A stretch of 63,141 nt of DNA, counting the filler, from Stramenopiles sp. TOSAG23-6 (Eukaryota): the NCBI GenBank assembly GCA_900128565.1. It is 10 parts of 10 records of this genome, joined end to end, with 100 filler letters (N's around TTAATTAATTAA, not from the genome) between each part and the next. Parts side by side here need not be neighbours in the genome. Positions count along the whole stretch, not along the records: positions 1 to 7,544 come from LT636552.1; positions 7,645 to 15,188 come from LT636553.1; 8 more parts are not named here. One strand, written 5' to 3'. Shown piece by piece: positions 1-12,296 of the stretch. Numbering within the stretch: position 1 is the first letter of the stretch; each line of letters begins with the position of its first letter. The position numbers were made by a program, and so were the translations under genes. The notes below the pieces were generated by a model. It had not been told where the DNA came from, did no database searches, and saw nothing but the letters and a program-made list of their open reading frames with translations.

Positions 1-55
1 AAAAAAGAAGAAGAACTAAAACTGGCACATGCAGAGCAACTTGAAAAACTTCAAA

Positions 56-3000
56 TTTTGCATTTGAATCTGCAACATCGGCTTCTGCAGCTAATTTGGT
101 AATTTTAGCCTGTGCCTCCATTGTATTTTTAAGTCGAATGTTTTCCTCATGAATATTTTTGTCAGTTTCAGCCTTAAGTTTTTTCATTTCTTCCATCTTT
201 GTATTTGCTTCAGCCAGAGCACTTTCAGCTGCTTCCGTTTTCTCCAATGCCATACGAGTTACCTCTTCAGCATGTACCCGAGCTTTGTCTTCAGCATGTT
301 TTTGCAAGCGTTTGATATTCGCCAACTCTTCTTCACTAAGTTGACCATTACCATCTTTGTCACCAGATGCTCTAATTGTTTCTAATTCATTCTTCAACTG
401 ATTACGCAATTGATCTTGTTTAGCATCGGCTTCTTTTTGTATGTAGAGAACTTGGTTTTGTTTTTCATCTAATTCTTGCTTTAATGTATCGTGTTTATCT
501 TTGATACTCTTTTGCAGTTGCAAATGTCTTAGTTCTTGTTCAGCAGCCATGCTTTTGAATTCTTCTTCTTTTTCTTTCAGCTCCGAATTACGCTTAGCAA
601 GAAGATATTCTTTTAGCTCTTTTAACTCATCTTCGTGTTCTTTACGTCGTCTTCGGTCTGACTCCCGCCATTCATTTTTTTGTCTTTCCTGTTGACTTTG
701 CCATTCAAGACGTTGTTTCTCTAGTGAAGCATTCATCGACTGCTCATAGATCTTGCGTTCTGCAGCTGCGCGCTCTGTATTTTCCCGGTTACGCTTTTGT
801 ATTTTCTGCAGTGCGATATTTTCGCGCTCAATTTTGGCGGCAGCATCAGCCATCGCCTTTTCTCGATTTGTTTCAATTTGTTTTAGCATTGCATGTTCAC
901 GCGAGCTTAACCGTTCTCTTAATCTAGACATTTCAAGATCATTTTTCGTTTCTGATTCTATTCGCTTTCTCCTCTCTTCGTCTACTATTTTTTCTCGGTA
1001 TTCCCGCTCCTTCTTTAATTGTTGTTCGTGTATAGCTCTTTGACGTTCTCTTTCATCATCTGCATCTTTATGAAGCTTTTCAATTTCTGATCGTGTTGTT
1101 TCACGATTAGCGTCAGCGGCAGCGGCGAGTTTGTCGTTAAATGCAGACTCCGATTGTGTCAAGAGTCGCTTCATGTTCCTCTTCATTTCATCGTTTGCAG
1201 CTTGCATTGCACTGATTTCCTTTTTACGGGCTCGCTCTTCGGCATCTCGTTGAAGTTGCACAACCTGCTCTAATTCGTTTTTGTTCAGTTGGCCATCGCC
1301 ATCGGTGTCCGCTAATGCTAATATTTTTGCCTTCTCTTTTTCTAATTCTTTCTTAATATGGGAATTGATTTCTTCGCTTTTTTTCTTTAACATCAGTGCA
1401 TGTGATGTTTTAATCTCTTTTATCTCCTCTTCTCGTCTCTCAAGATTTTCCTGTAACTCTTTTTTTTCCTTTTCAACAGATTCTGCGAGCTCTAATTTTT
1501 TCTGACGAATTAAGGCATCAGCCTCTATTCTTCGATCTCTGTCCCGTTGTTTTAGGTCCTCAGTCTGAGCTGACATTTTCTTAAGATATTGTTGTAACTC
1601 TTGTGTACGAGCCTTTTCCCGAGCAAGTTCTGATTTAGTATCAAGATGTGCCCTCTCCTCAGAAAGTTTGGCTTGGTATTTTTCTTCAACCTCGCGCTGA
1701 AGTTTTTCCAACTTTGCTTTCTCTTCCCTACTAAGGACGCCGTCCTTATCCAAGTCTGCTTCGGCAAAAAGGCGGGATTTGGCGACCTTTAGCTCATCTT
1801 CAATCTTGTCTGCAATAGCCTGTCGCGCGAAACTTTCACTTTCGATTAATTGTCGTTCAGATTGTATTCTATACTGTATACGCATTTCATCCATTTTCGC
1901 CGCAGCGGCCTTCTGCTCTTCTACTCTAGCAGCGTCTACAGCAGCACGAATACGGCGTTCTTCATCAATTAGTTTCTGTGATGCAACTCGTTCAATATCA
2001 TCTATTATTTGTTTTTTATTGTCGTTCGTATCTGCACCATCACTGATAGCTGCCGCTTTTTTACGCATCATACTCAACTCAATTTCCCACGCCTCGCGCT
2101 TCTTGGTGTCACGTTTTTCCTGCTCAGCTTTAAGTTTCATCTCTTTTCTCAGTTGTTCTAATTCACGCTGAAGCTTCGCAGCCTTTCGTTCGGAAGCAAT
2201 TTCTCTTTCACTAATTTCCTCAAGTTTTAACTTCAATGCTTCTTGTTTTTCGCGTTTCAACTGCTGTAATTCATTTGCGATTTGGTTTTCACAATCCACT
2301 TTTATTTGTTTGCGCTCCGCCTCAAATTGATTTCGAAGTCTGCGTTCCATATTATGCTGACTACGATCTAGCTCATTTTTTTCATTTTCATCTAGTTGTC
2401 CATCTCTATTTTTATCAGCTTCAAGTTTTATCTTTGCAAGCTCTCTTTCGACCCGCCTCATATTGCTTACTTCCAAAGCTTCCAGCTTTCGAACTTGCTC
2501 TTTCAAACTTTCCTCTAACAATTTTGTTTCTTTAGCTTTGTAAGCTGTATCTGAAACAGTTCTTTCTCTAGCCCGCTCATCCGCAAGGGCAAGTTTGTTT
2601 TTTTCATCAAGGGTTTCTAACATCGAAACTAATTTAGCTTGTGCATCATCTTCAGCCTTACGCTGAAGTCTATCGACTTTATCAGTTTCCAGTTCGTTCA
2701 ATTCGCCATCTTTTCGCATAGACTCTAATATTTTTGCCTTCTCTAAATCCAATTCATTTTCAATTTGTTTTTTAGCACGCCAAACTTCTTTTCTTACGCC
2801 ATCCAACTGATTTATTACTTGATCCTCAATTTCACGAACATAATCTTTTGTTTCACATAGTTGTTTCTCACGAGATTGAGAATTCCCATTTGAAGACATT
2901 TTGTTACTATCCTGACTGATATTGCCTGAAGCTGCGATTCGAATCAAATTTAGCTTTTCTTGTTGAATAATAGCATCATGTGCTGATTCTTCAGCTTGTC

Positions 3001-6000
3001 GCTTTAGAGCAGCAATATGTAGTGCTTCTTTATTTACTCTGTCAATATTTTGAGTTTCTTTTATAAGTTGCTTTGCTTCTTGTTCCTGTATTTTTTTGTT
3101 TAAGTCGTCGAGAGTTTTTTTTGCATCGGCTTCTACTTTTTCAGAAATACGTCTACTCATTTCAACTTGTTTTTTTTCCAATAAAGCAGCAAGTTTTTCT
3201 TCTGATTCTTTTGCGTTAGCTGCAAGTTCTAGCTCGATGCGGGCTTTCTCGGCATTCATTTGCTGATTTGCTTGTACTCGCATCATTGTGAGCTCCTTCT
3301 GCATTCTTTCATTAATCAGAAACTTTGCTTTTTCAAGCTCTATCTTTTCGGTATCATCGAGTTTCCCATTGCCATCTTTGTCTGCTGCCGATTCTACTTC
3401 CTTCAGAGAATTATTCAGCCGTTCCTTATATTGTTTTTCGAGTAACTGGATATTCATATTTTGCTTTTGAAAAAATTGTTCGTTGAATTTTTCCTTTTCA
3501 TCTAGTCTTTCACGACGAATTTTCATTTCTTCTTTATTATGCTCTTTTTTTAACTTTTCATGGAGTTCCCTCAAAGCAATTTCTTTTTCTGCTTTCATTT
3601 TCTTCGCTACAATTGACCGCTCATGCTCCATTTGCTCTGCATGTTCACGTTTCATTTTTTCTTTCATATGAGCTAATTTTAACTCAGCAATCTCTTTCTG
3701 TCGTTCAATCTCTTTTTGGTGAATTTCTTCCATGTGTACCTTATGTTTTTCCTCAGTTTCTCGTTCCATGCGCCGAATCATTTCTTGTTGCTGCTTCTGA
3801 AACTGAATAACCAATTCTTCTTTCTCGTGTTGAAGGGTTTGTTGCATTCGAAGTCTGGTGTCTTGCTGTTTTTTTATCAACTCTTCCTTTTCCTCTGAAT
3901 CTAATTTCCCATCTCCATCTTTGTCGGCTTCTGCGTGGAGACGTTTTTCAAGAGTTGAGCTTTCTTCGCTAATAGTTTTCTTCATTTCACGAATACGACG
4001 ATCATGTTGAATCTGTAGTCTAACTAGTTCCTTGGCATGTTTTGCTTGAATATCAGATCTCTCTTCGGCCGCCAAACGTTTTTGTTGTTCTCGCTCAATA
4101 TCTGCTTTTCGTTTATGCTCTTCAATTAACTCTTTCATTTCTTCATTTTTGCGATTTTGTTCCTTGCGACGTTCCTCGGCTTCATGGTGAATCTGGGACT
4201 CGACTTCAGCTCGTTTCATTGCAACTTTCACAGTATCAGGATCTCTAAATTCTGTACCACCAGCAGCAATCATCCGGACTTGTTGCTTTTTAATTGCACT
4301 TTGGCGTTCAAAATATTCGCGTTCGCGCTTTTCCTCTTTTTGTCGAGACTCTTCTTCGAGTTTTTGTTCTTCTAGATGATGCATTTTCTTGAGTTTTTCA
4401 AATTCTGCTAGTTGCCGAGCCGCAATTGCTTGTTTTTCTTCTGCTAGCTCTAATGCTAAACGCTGCTCTACATCTGCAACTAGTACTGTCACATGTCGAC
4501 GCTCATCTTGATCAAGCTCTCCATCACTGTTTCTGTCTGCTTCTTTATGTGCCAATTCTAAGGCTTCCCTTAATTTCTGTTGATGGTGCTTTTCCAGAAC
4601 TTCTTTCTCGCGACGAGATGCGCGCTCATTTNCTTNTATTTTTTTTNGACNAANTNCTTTGAAGTCTCATTTGTTCACGTTCACGCACAGCTTTTTCAAT
4701 TGTTAAGCTTTGATTTCGTTGTTTTTCAAGTTGGCGTTTTAATTCTGCAATTTGATTTGCTTGCAATTTTGCCTGCTCTTCTATAGCTGCGTATTTTTCT
4801 TGACGACCCTGTGCTATGAGTTCATTCTTTTTCATGTTGTACTCATCTTCCATACGTTCCCTCTCCACTTCTATATCCTCTAAATTGTTTATATCAGAAG
4901 ATTTATCTTGAAAAGGGGTGTCTAATTTTCTATCAAGGCGTTCAGAGTTGCGAGATTTCGTTTGCTCCAGATTTAACAACTCTAAGCGCTGTTTTTGTCC
5001 CATAAGTTGCTCTTTTGCCAAAGCTTTTGTCATGTCTAATATTCGCCTTTCCGCTTCTTCATGTTCTGTCGCAAATCGGAGACGCAGTTTTTCCTCTTCA
5101 AAAGCAACACGCTTTGCCAATGCAATTTTTAATGTATTCTCCTCTACAAGTTTTGCTTGTTCAATAGCATTTTTCTCCTCCAAAGCAAGTTTTATTTTGA
5201 GCTCTTTTAATTTTGTCTGGAATTCTTTTTCATTCATTTTACCAGAAACCTTTTGAGCTTTCATATCTGCTGCGACACGAATCATTTCTTTAGCGTGTTG
5301 ATCTTTCAAATCATTCGCAACTGCTTCAGCATTGATTTGAATTTGCTGAGCTACTTTTTGATGTTCATCCTCCAAGAACTTACGCAACGCCTTTTTTTCT
5401 TGTTCTTGTTTGGCAGTTGTTTCGCGCCTCAAAGCTTCACGTTCTTCTTTCATTCGCATTTTCTGTAGTGCATCTTCTTCTGCTATTCGAGAAGCTTCTG
5501 AACGAAGTTCGTTGATCTCTTGATTTAACCGTTTAGTCGCCATTTCATGTTGTTCCTGTAGTGCTATGCGCTTTTCTTCACTTTTCCGGTTCATCTCCGA
5601 TTTCATAGCAGCAAGCTGTGTAGCATCTATATTATTTTTATCTGCTTCCTCTCTAAGTTTTCTAGCATCTGCTTCTTGTTGAGTCTGTAGTTTACGCAAT
5701 GCATCTTGTAGTTCTTTCTGGTCTTTTTCCGACTCAAGAACAAGATTTCGTTCCATATCTTGATACTTTTTCTGTTTTTCTGCTTCGCTATTTAGTTTCA
5801 GTTGTAAGCATTCGACTTCTTTCATGTGTCTATCCTCTTGAGCTCTTTGTAATTCTCGGGCTCGTTCTTTCAAAAGTTCTTTCTGGTGCTCCTGTTCTTC
5901 TTTTTCTTTCATCATTTGTTCTTCGTGGTTTTTCCGGATACGCGACTCACTTAAACTTGCAGCAGCAGTATATTCTTCACGTTGTTTTTCCAGTGCACGC

Positions 6001-7544
6001 AGAATATCAGCTTCAGCATTTGCTTTCGCTTCTTCTTTCTGTCTTTCAAGTTTTCTTTCCATTTCACGTTTTAGTCTATGGTGCTCATCTTCACTAAGTG
6101 CTGTTTGTTCTGCAATTTTGCGAAGACCCTCAACACGCTGTGCTTCTATCTTAAGCTCAACAAGATCGAGTGCGTGTTTTTTGTCCTTTTCGGCTTCTTC
6201 AAGCAGTCGTTGTTGTTCATATTCTTGCAGTTTATTTATCCGAGAAAGCTCTGCTTCCATTATTTCCTTTTGTTGTTGAATAGCGCGATCCATTTGCTTT
6301 TTATTCTTCATTTCAGTTTGCGCATTTCGCTCAGCTGTGGTGGCTTTCAGTGAAATCTTCTCTTCTTCCATACGCCGACGCATGAATTCAATTTCAGTAT
6401 CATGTTGCTTTTGCATTTCAGCTAATTGGCGCCTGCATTCCTCTTCGGCAGCTTTCTCCATTTTCAAACGAATACTTTGTTCAATCTCAATTTGCTTTTC
6501 ATCTATTTCTTTTTGTCTTTGCATAGCTTTAGCTTGTCTTTGTACCATGTTCTTAAGTTCCAAACTTTTCATTGCACCTTTTATTCGACCCCAACCTTTT
6601 AGAGATTTTTTATTACGGTTTTCTATTTCTGCAGCCTCTTCAGCACGAGCCGCAGCTATTGCAGAATCTCTCTCTACTCGAAGTTTTTCCCGAAGAGCTT
6701 TTATTTCAGCATCGAATACGTCTTGAGCTTTTGTTTGCCGATTATTCATTTCTGCCTCCATCACTCGCTTCATCCGATCAATTTCTTTATCTTGCATGAT
6801 TTGCATCTGTCGACGAATATTTTCTTCTTTCTCACGTGCGATATCTTCTGCATAACGTTGTTTTTTTTCTATCTCAAGAAGTTCGGCACCAGAAAGGATA
6901 CCATCTTCTTTTTCATTCTTGACTTTCAGTATACGATCTTTTTCCTCGTTGAGTTCAAGCTTAATCTGTTGCTGAAGCAATGACATCTTGTTATTGACTT
7001 CCTGAAGCATATTTTCTCTTTCCTTTGTAGCTTCTTCAGCAAGTCTTTCTTTTTCTTCTTGTATGGCTTTTTTCTGAGCTTCTTGTCGATCACGTTCACG
7101 CTTCTGTGCTGCTTCTTGATCTTTTTGGTGAAGGGCATTCTGCTCGGCAAACCATTTTTGTCGTTCGGAGTCTTTTCGTTCAACATCTAACTGTCGTGCA
7201 ATAGCTAATTGCTCTTCAATACGCCGCTGCATTTCTTTTTGAACTTTCACTGCCCTTCGCGCATCACCCCAGCCAATACCACTCTTTGAAATTTTCTTTG
7301 GTTTCTCGGTTGAGATTGTATCCCCAGTAATATCGTCTGTTTTTTGTGTCATCAATAATGCAGCAGATTTCACAGCGTTTTCAGCAACTTTCTTCTGTTC
7401 TTGAAGTTCTTCCATGAATTTTTTCTCTTGTGCTTTCATCATTGCCTGGGCCTCTTTTTCTTTTAGACGCATCATTTTGGCTTGTTCATTTTGAAGTTTT
7501 TCAAGTTGCTCTGCATGTGCCAGTTTTAGTTCTTCTTCTTTTTT
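56..7544 (-). CDS. Giant E/K/Q/R-rich coiled-coil protein with isolated EF-hand-like loops (partial at both ends, about 2500 aa)
   Basis: The 949-aa ORF 4626-7475 continues (NERASRREKEVLEK...) after a 1-nt frame slip in the N-containing stretch 4630-4657. DxDG[DN]GxL loops near 3930, 3382, 1309 and 361 are all in that same downstream frame. Confidence 0.8.
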
Positions 7545-7643
7545 NNNNNNNNNNNNNNNNNNNNNNNNNNNNNNNNNNNNNNNNNNNNTTAATTAATTAA
7601 NNNNNNNNNNNNNNNNNNNNNNNNNNNNNNNNNNNNNNNNNNN
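7545..7643. other. Artificial contig linker (N44-TTAATTAATTAA-N44); others at about 15189-15288, 22826-22924, 30441-30540, 38037-38135, 45625-45724, 53204-53303, 60780-60879, 61961-62060
   Basis: The same six-frame-stop linker separates every contig. Confidence 0.97.
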
Positions 7644-7771
7644 NTTTTTTTTTTTTTTTTTTTTTTTTGTTAGGTATAAAAATTTACTACAAAATTAAAT
7701 CAAATTTTCGTATTACTACGTACTACGTAGTATACGATTTCTAAAGTTGAATTTATTTATATTCTAAATAG

Positions 7772-8733
7772 TTAAAGGTAACGAATACCAGAAGCTGCTC
7801 CATTATGTCTCCCTATTGGTGGAATTGTCAGTTTATTGGACCTTGATCTATGAGATCTATCTGTATTATAAGACGAATTGGACGAATTGTCATTTCTTTC
7901 GTGAGGTCTTTTGTGTGGTGAACGTCCTTTCGATGAGGCTGTCAGAATTTCGACTCTGGCATGATATCTGTCTACTAGATTCGTTCCAATGCTACTTCTT
8001 TTTCTATATGGTGTATTTAAATGGGCCCGTCTTCTAGTCAACGTTGTTCTACTAATCTTGGAAGTGTCCATTTCTGATTTTAACTGAATACTTTTTAGGA
8101 AACAGTGAATCGAAATAACCAAACCCAACAAAAAAGCTACACCAGCACCTATCATTAAAGGTATAAATATTCTCCTAGATTGATATTTTTTATCATCTGG
8201 TGGATCATACATATGAATATCCGATAAACACACATTCTTGTGACAAGTTAAACCTCTTTTACACGGTACCTGAGGAGAACACCGTTCATTCTGGTTTTTT
8301 CTTCCAACACAACTTCCATTACTATAATACTCATCATCTTCACATGGATTTGCGACTGTGCTTGTTAATCTTCTTGATGTATTATCTACTTTTACACACT
8401 CACGACTATCTAAATTACAGTATCTGTCAGGGGCACAAGTGATGGTCGTACCACCAACTTTAACATTAGGGTTAGGGTTTCGGCCTCGGCAATCCGCAAC
8501 ACATATATTTTTTTGTACGTTACAGTGCTTATACTGCCCCGTACAATGTACATCAGTTCTACACATGAGCAGACATTGTTTCAGGGTTTTACTATGATCC
8601 AAATAATCGCATTGTAGAGAATTGCCACACGTATTCGTGCAGGAGTCGCCTTCGCTAAGTTTCTCAGTCAACGCGTTTGTTCCATGACTAGAAACTAATA
8701 GGGCAACAACCACTAAATACATATAACGTATCA
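7772..8733 (-). CDS. Signal-peptide, cysteine-rich single-pass membrane protein
   Basis: Hydrophobic N-terminus MYLVVVALLVSS, several small Cys-rich modules, TM segment IFIPLMIGAGVAFLLGLVISI, basic cytoplasmic tail. Confidence 0.75.
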
Positions 8734-9058
8734 TGAATCTAGTATATCTAAACGATGAGGGAGCTCTAAGCCTCAATTTTCTAGGACAATGGAACACCTC
8801 CAATGTTTCGACTTTGTATAGTAATAGTTGAATAAGAGTTTATTCCACTATACTACGAGTTAGTACGCAGCTGTTGATACTGTAGTCAACCAATCGATTC
8901 AGTTCACCGTTTCAGAGGAACTCATATGACGATTTTTGATTACCGGGTACCGATTATTATTTTTTTCAACAACAGGTCGCAACAGGTCAGCCGTTTCATC
9001 TATATTATAATAGTTTATAGAAAGGCGTTCCATTCATATACACACAAAACTTGTAATA

Positions 9059-9637
9059 ATGGAATCTGGATGGATCTCTCTCGATCAAGTCTCAAACTTA
9101 AATGCTTCAGTTGGTGATATTCCTCGGCTTCGTGAGCAGTTAGCACAGCTTTTTGTTCCAACTGCCACATACGGATTTTGTGGCTCTCCAGTCAGTGTTG
9201 AAAATACGGCACTGTTGACAGATATTTACTTTTATGCTTTCGCATGTGCTAAAACGAATAACTTTTCAGTACGACAAATAGCTGCCTTTTTAACGCTACT
9301 TCGTGACGTAGTTGATAGTGACTGTGATTCTGGTATGTCGTCCTTAAATGAAAGTTTTGATCGTTTTCAAACAATACTTTTACGACTTAGTGCTGATCGT
9401 CCACCCATTAGTCTTGGAGTTTTCTCTACAACTGAAGCTCGATATATTGTAAACTTTATGATGGAAAATTATTATCGCCAGTTTAAGCTATACAAATCTT
9501 GTTTCATTCCAAAACGATATGTAAATTTGAAACAAGTCCTTCCATGTTCTGTGGAAAAAGCAACAGTGCCTCGACCACTTAGGGAAGGGTTGATTGTCAA
9601 ACCAGCTTTGTCTGGCACAGTAAAAGATATAGAATAA
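9059..9637 (+). CDS. CFAP119: Flagellar C1a-32 / CFAP119 (CCDC189)-like protein
   Basis: Motifs DIYFYAF, FSVRQIAAFL, RPPISLGVFS and YYRQFKLYK are typical of the family. Confidence 0.7.
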   Translation: MESGWISLDQVSNLNASVGDIPRLREQLAQLFVPTATYGFCGSPVSVENTALLTDIYFYAFACAKTNNFSVRQIAAFLTLLRDVVDSDCDSGMSSLNESFDRFQTILLRLSADRPPISLGVFSTTEARYIVNFMMENYYRQFKLYKSCFIPKRYVNLKQVLPCSVEKATVPRPLREGLIVKPALSGTVKDIE

Positions 9638-9911
9638 AAACAGCTTTGTCTGGCACAGTAAAAGATATAGAATTAAAAAAAAAAAAAAGACAAATAAAAT
9701 ATTACTACGTACTATAAAGAATAGAAAACTCTTGATTTTCAAATTTATAGTTCTTTTATATATATATATACATTAAATTAAGAAATTGTTCGTCTTGTGC
9801 AAAACATTGAATACACTGGATTCCTACAATTTTTGGTATCTAATTTTCAGAAAATATTGTAAGAAGGAAAAAAACTTTTAAAAAAGATATGAATCCATTG
9901 TATTGGTACAA

Positions 9912-11081
9912 TTATATCATCCAAGTTTCATTGGAGTTTATATATGACTGGCGCTGATCCATAGAAAAGTCCAAGCCTCCTATTGGAGGTAGAACACATT
10001 CAAATAAATTCTGTATGTCCGGTATAGAGCCATATTCACCAACTGCGTTACTCATGAATTCGGCTGTGCAAAGGTTAGCATCAAATTCATCTAATATTGC
10101 CTCCTTGTGCTCATCGTTGAATCCATATGTTCGTACATATCTATTGAGATATGAATGAGGAGTAGTTTCATTTGATCGTTTAGGTTCTTTCGCCAGTTTT
10201 TGTTCAAGATCATGAATATAGTCCAACACAGCTTCGTTCCTTTGTATTTTCACTTGTTTTTTTTTCTTCATGACATTTTTATCTTTAAGCTTTGCTTTGA
10301 GACATCGGTTGCACACAAGACGGCGATCATATCTTGGCAACTGACACATTTCTCCATTTGCATGCTTGCAAGGACCCCATCCTGAACAGTGGCAGTGGCG
10401 GCATCCATCTGATAATCCACACCACGGACATTCTCTTGGAGATGGTCCAGGTTTCCGTCTTTTTTGACACTTATTCACTTTTGTATAGGGCTTTGATATT
10501 TTTGGTACGTTAGTGACCGAAGGATTCAGAGCTTTGTTCTTCAGATTACCAAGTGTACCATATCTCTTGACAGAACGAGGATTTTCTTTACGACTTTGTA
10601 AAACTGCTGGACGATTCGGTTCAACTTTCATGATGACTCGTTGACTTTGTTTATAAAGTAAATTCGATTGTTCCGGTGTTGACTTGAATGTTTTTTTAGT
10701 CATCAACTTTGTTTCTTCTGATGCGGGCATTGTTTGTTCGTTTGTAATGTTTTCATTTTGAGTAATCATTTTGGTTTCCAGTAAAAACTCAAAATTAAGA
10801 GGCCTTTTTAAGTTACGCTTAATGACAGCTTTATCATGGGCAAGAGCTGCATCTTTTTCGTTGATGAAACGATGTATATGCGTCTTTTTACCATTTTCAC
10901 GAACGTATGCAAGCCACTTATTTGTATTTGAATCAAAGTAAACGCCGTAGTATTGCGATGTCGAGTTTTTTCGCTTTCTCTTCTTTGGTCTGTGCTTGGT
11001 GGCTTCATGTTGTTCAAGGACCTTTCGTTTTTTCCCAAAGCCATTCGTCAACTCCACCATATTTTCAAATAGAGTTACCAT
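9912..11081 (-). CDS. AP2-domain protein with a Cys/His-rich putative zinc-binding region
   Basis: SQYYGVYFD..KWLAYV..F.NEKDAALAHDKA is an AP2 domain; CPWC..CRHCHC..C.H..C..CNRC cluster. Confidence 0.75.
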   Translation of the reverse strand: MVTLFENMVELTNGFGKKRKVLEQHEATKHRPKKRKRKNSTSQYYGVYFDSNTNKWLAYVRENGKKTHIHRFINEKDAALAHDKAVIKRNLKRPLNFEFLLETKMITQNENITNEQTMPASEETKLMTKKTFKSTPEQSNLLYKQSQRVIMKVEPNRPAVLQSRKENPRSVKRYGTLGNLKNKALNPSVTNVPKISKPYTKVNKCQKRRKPGPSPRECPWCGLSDGCRHCHCSGWGPCKHANGEMCQLPRYDRRLVCNRCLKAKLKDKNVMKKKKQVKIQRNEAVLDYIHDLEQKLAKEPKRSNETTPHSYLNRYVRTYGFNDEHKEAILDEFDANLCTAEFMSNAVGEYGSIPDIQNLFECVLPPIGGLDFSMDQRQSYINSNETWMI

Positions 11082-11860
11082 GATAATTATTTGTAAATGT
11101 TTTGTTAGTTGTTTCGTTTAGCTATAGTCTCTTTTTTATTTGAAAGTATAAACTGTATTGGAACTTTCTTGTGCTTTATTAACAAAAGTGTAGTATTAAG
11201 ATACGTTTTGTTGACTTGACAAGACTTAAGGAAAAAGAATTTTTTCCATAGGTCAAGTTTTAACGCATTTTTCGGGTTTTCTTCCTATTTTTCCGTTTCA
11301 GGTCGATTTTTGAAACTTTTTTTCGAAACTCTTAGGTATACAATTTTAGTACAAAATCATTTATTATTTCGTTCCACAAATTGCGCCAGGAAGTGATCCT
11401 TAAGCTTGCCCTCTACCAAATCCGCGTACCTAATTAAGATCCTGTATCTTTGATTTGAGATACATTTTTTCGCCATTTTTTCCTACGATTAGGGTTAGGG
11501 TTAGGGCCTAATCTCAGAAATCAAATATATTAGTGACGTCATCTATCTCACCATTTTTCGGATACAACATATGAATCTTTACTATCAATGTAACGTTGAC
11601 GAGTACCACATATTATATATCCTTACATTTTACTATATATGATGAGACACTCTTTGAATCAAGTAATTTGATCTGTATTGTATAGTATTATCTAAATTAA
11701 TTGTACTACATCTAGGTTGATTATATAGCTACAGCTCGTTAAAGATGTCGGTTGAAAGTCTAAAAGGGCTAAATAATAATCATATAAATCAGCAAAACAA
11801 CAACTTAGTAAGATTTAAAGTGTAATTAATCATTTATATATATATATGGAGTCAAAAAAT

Positions 11861-12046
11861 CTACATAGGGGTAAGTACCTGCCAGAGAGAAGGACGCGGC
11901 TCCGTATTCATCCCGATAATAACAACTACCGGAACTAATCCGTAGTGCACATATGGTTTTAAGGTGACGCAAAAATTTTCGACAGCATTTGCTGCATCTG
12001 CTAATGTATTTAATGCAATAGTTGTGTATTTTTGAATCGCTGGCAT
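11861..12046 (-). CDS. TOM7: Mitochondrial import receptor subunit TOM7
   Basis: 61 aa with KPYVHYGLVPVVVIIGM..EPRPS. Confidence 0.8.
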   Translation of the reverse strand: MPAIQKYTTIALNTLADAANAVENFCVTLKPYVHYGLVPVVVIIGMNTEPRPSLWQVLTPM

Positions 12047-12296
12047 GCTTTGTTAGTGAGATGGAATATAATGTATTGTATTTTTACTATCGAATACAGA
12101 CACTCAGTACTCGCGGATCGTGTGGGTCGTCCTCGGGAAGCCATAAACTGACTTGAGTCACTTGACCAGTCAATGTCATGACAGAAACATGTACGATACC
12201 CGGTACCCCTATATAATAACCCCAGTTCAAGATTCAATATTGCATGAGACTTCAAGTCAAAGCAACTTGTACTTTACTTACAATACCAGATGAAGA

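Noticed and set aside
1-55. The first 55 nt are the exact reverse complement of 7490-7544, resembling terminal inverted repeats
   Set aside because: Both copies are coding sequence of the coiled-coil gene at contig ends, and 55 is a common assembler k-mer; best read as an assembly or amplification inversion artefact
149-7186. Many short F/S/L-rich plus-strand ORFs
   Set aside because: Antisense shadows of the coiled-coil gene
7589-7600. Recurring TTAATTAATTAA
   Set aside because: Artificial linker inside N runs; gene adjacency across linkers is meaningless
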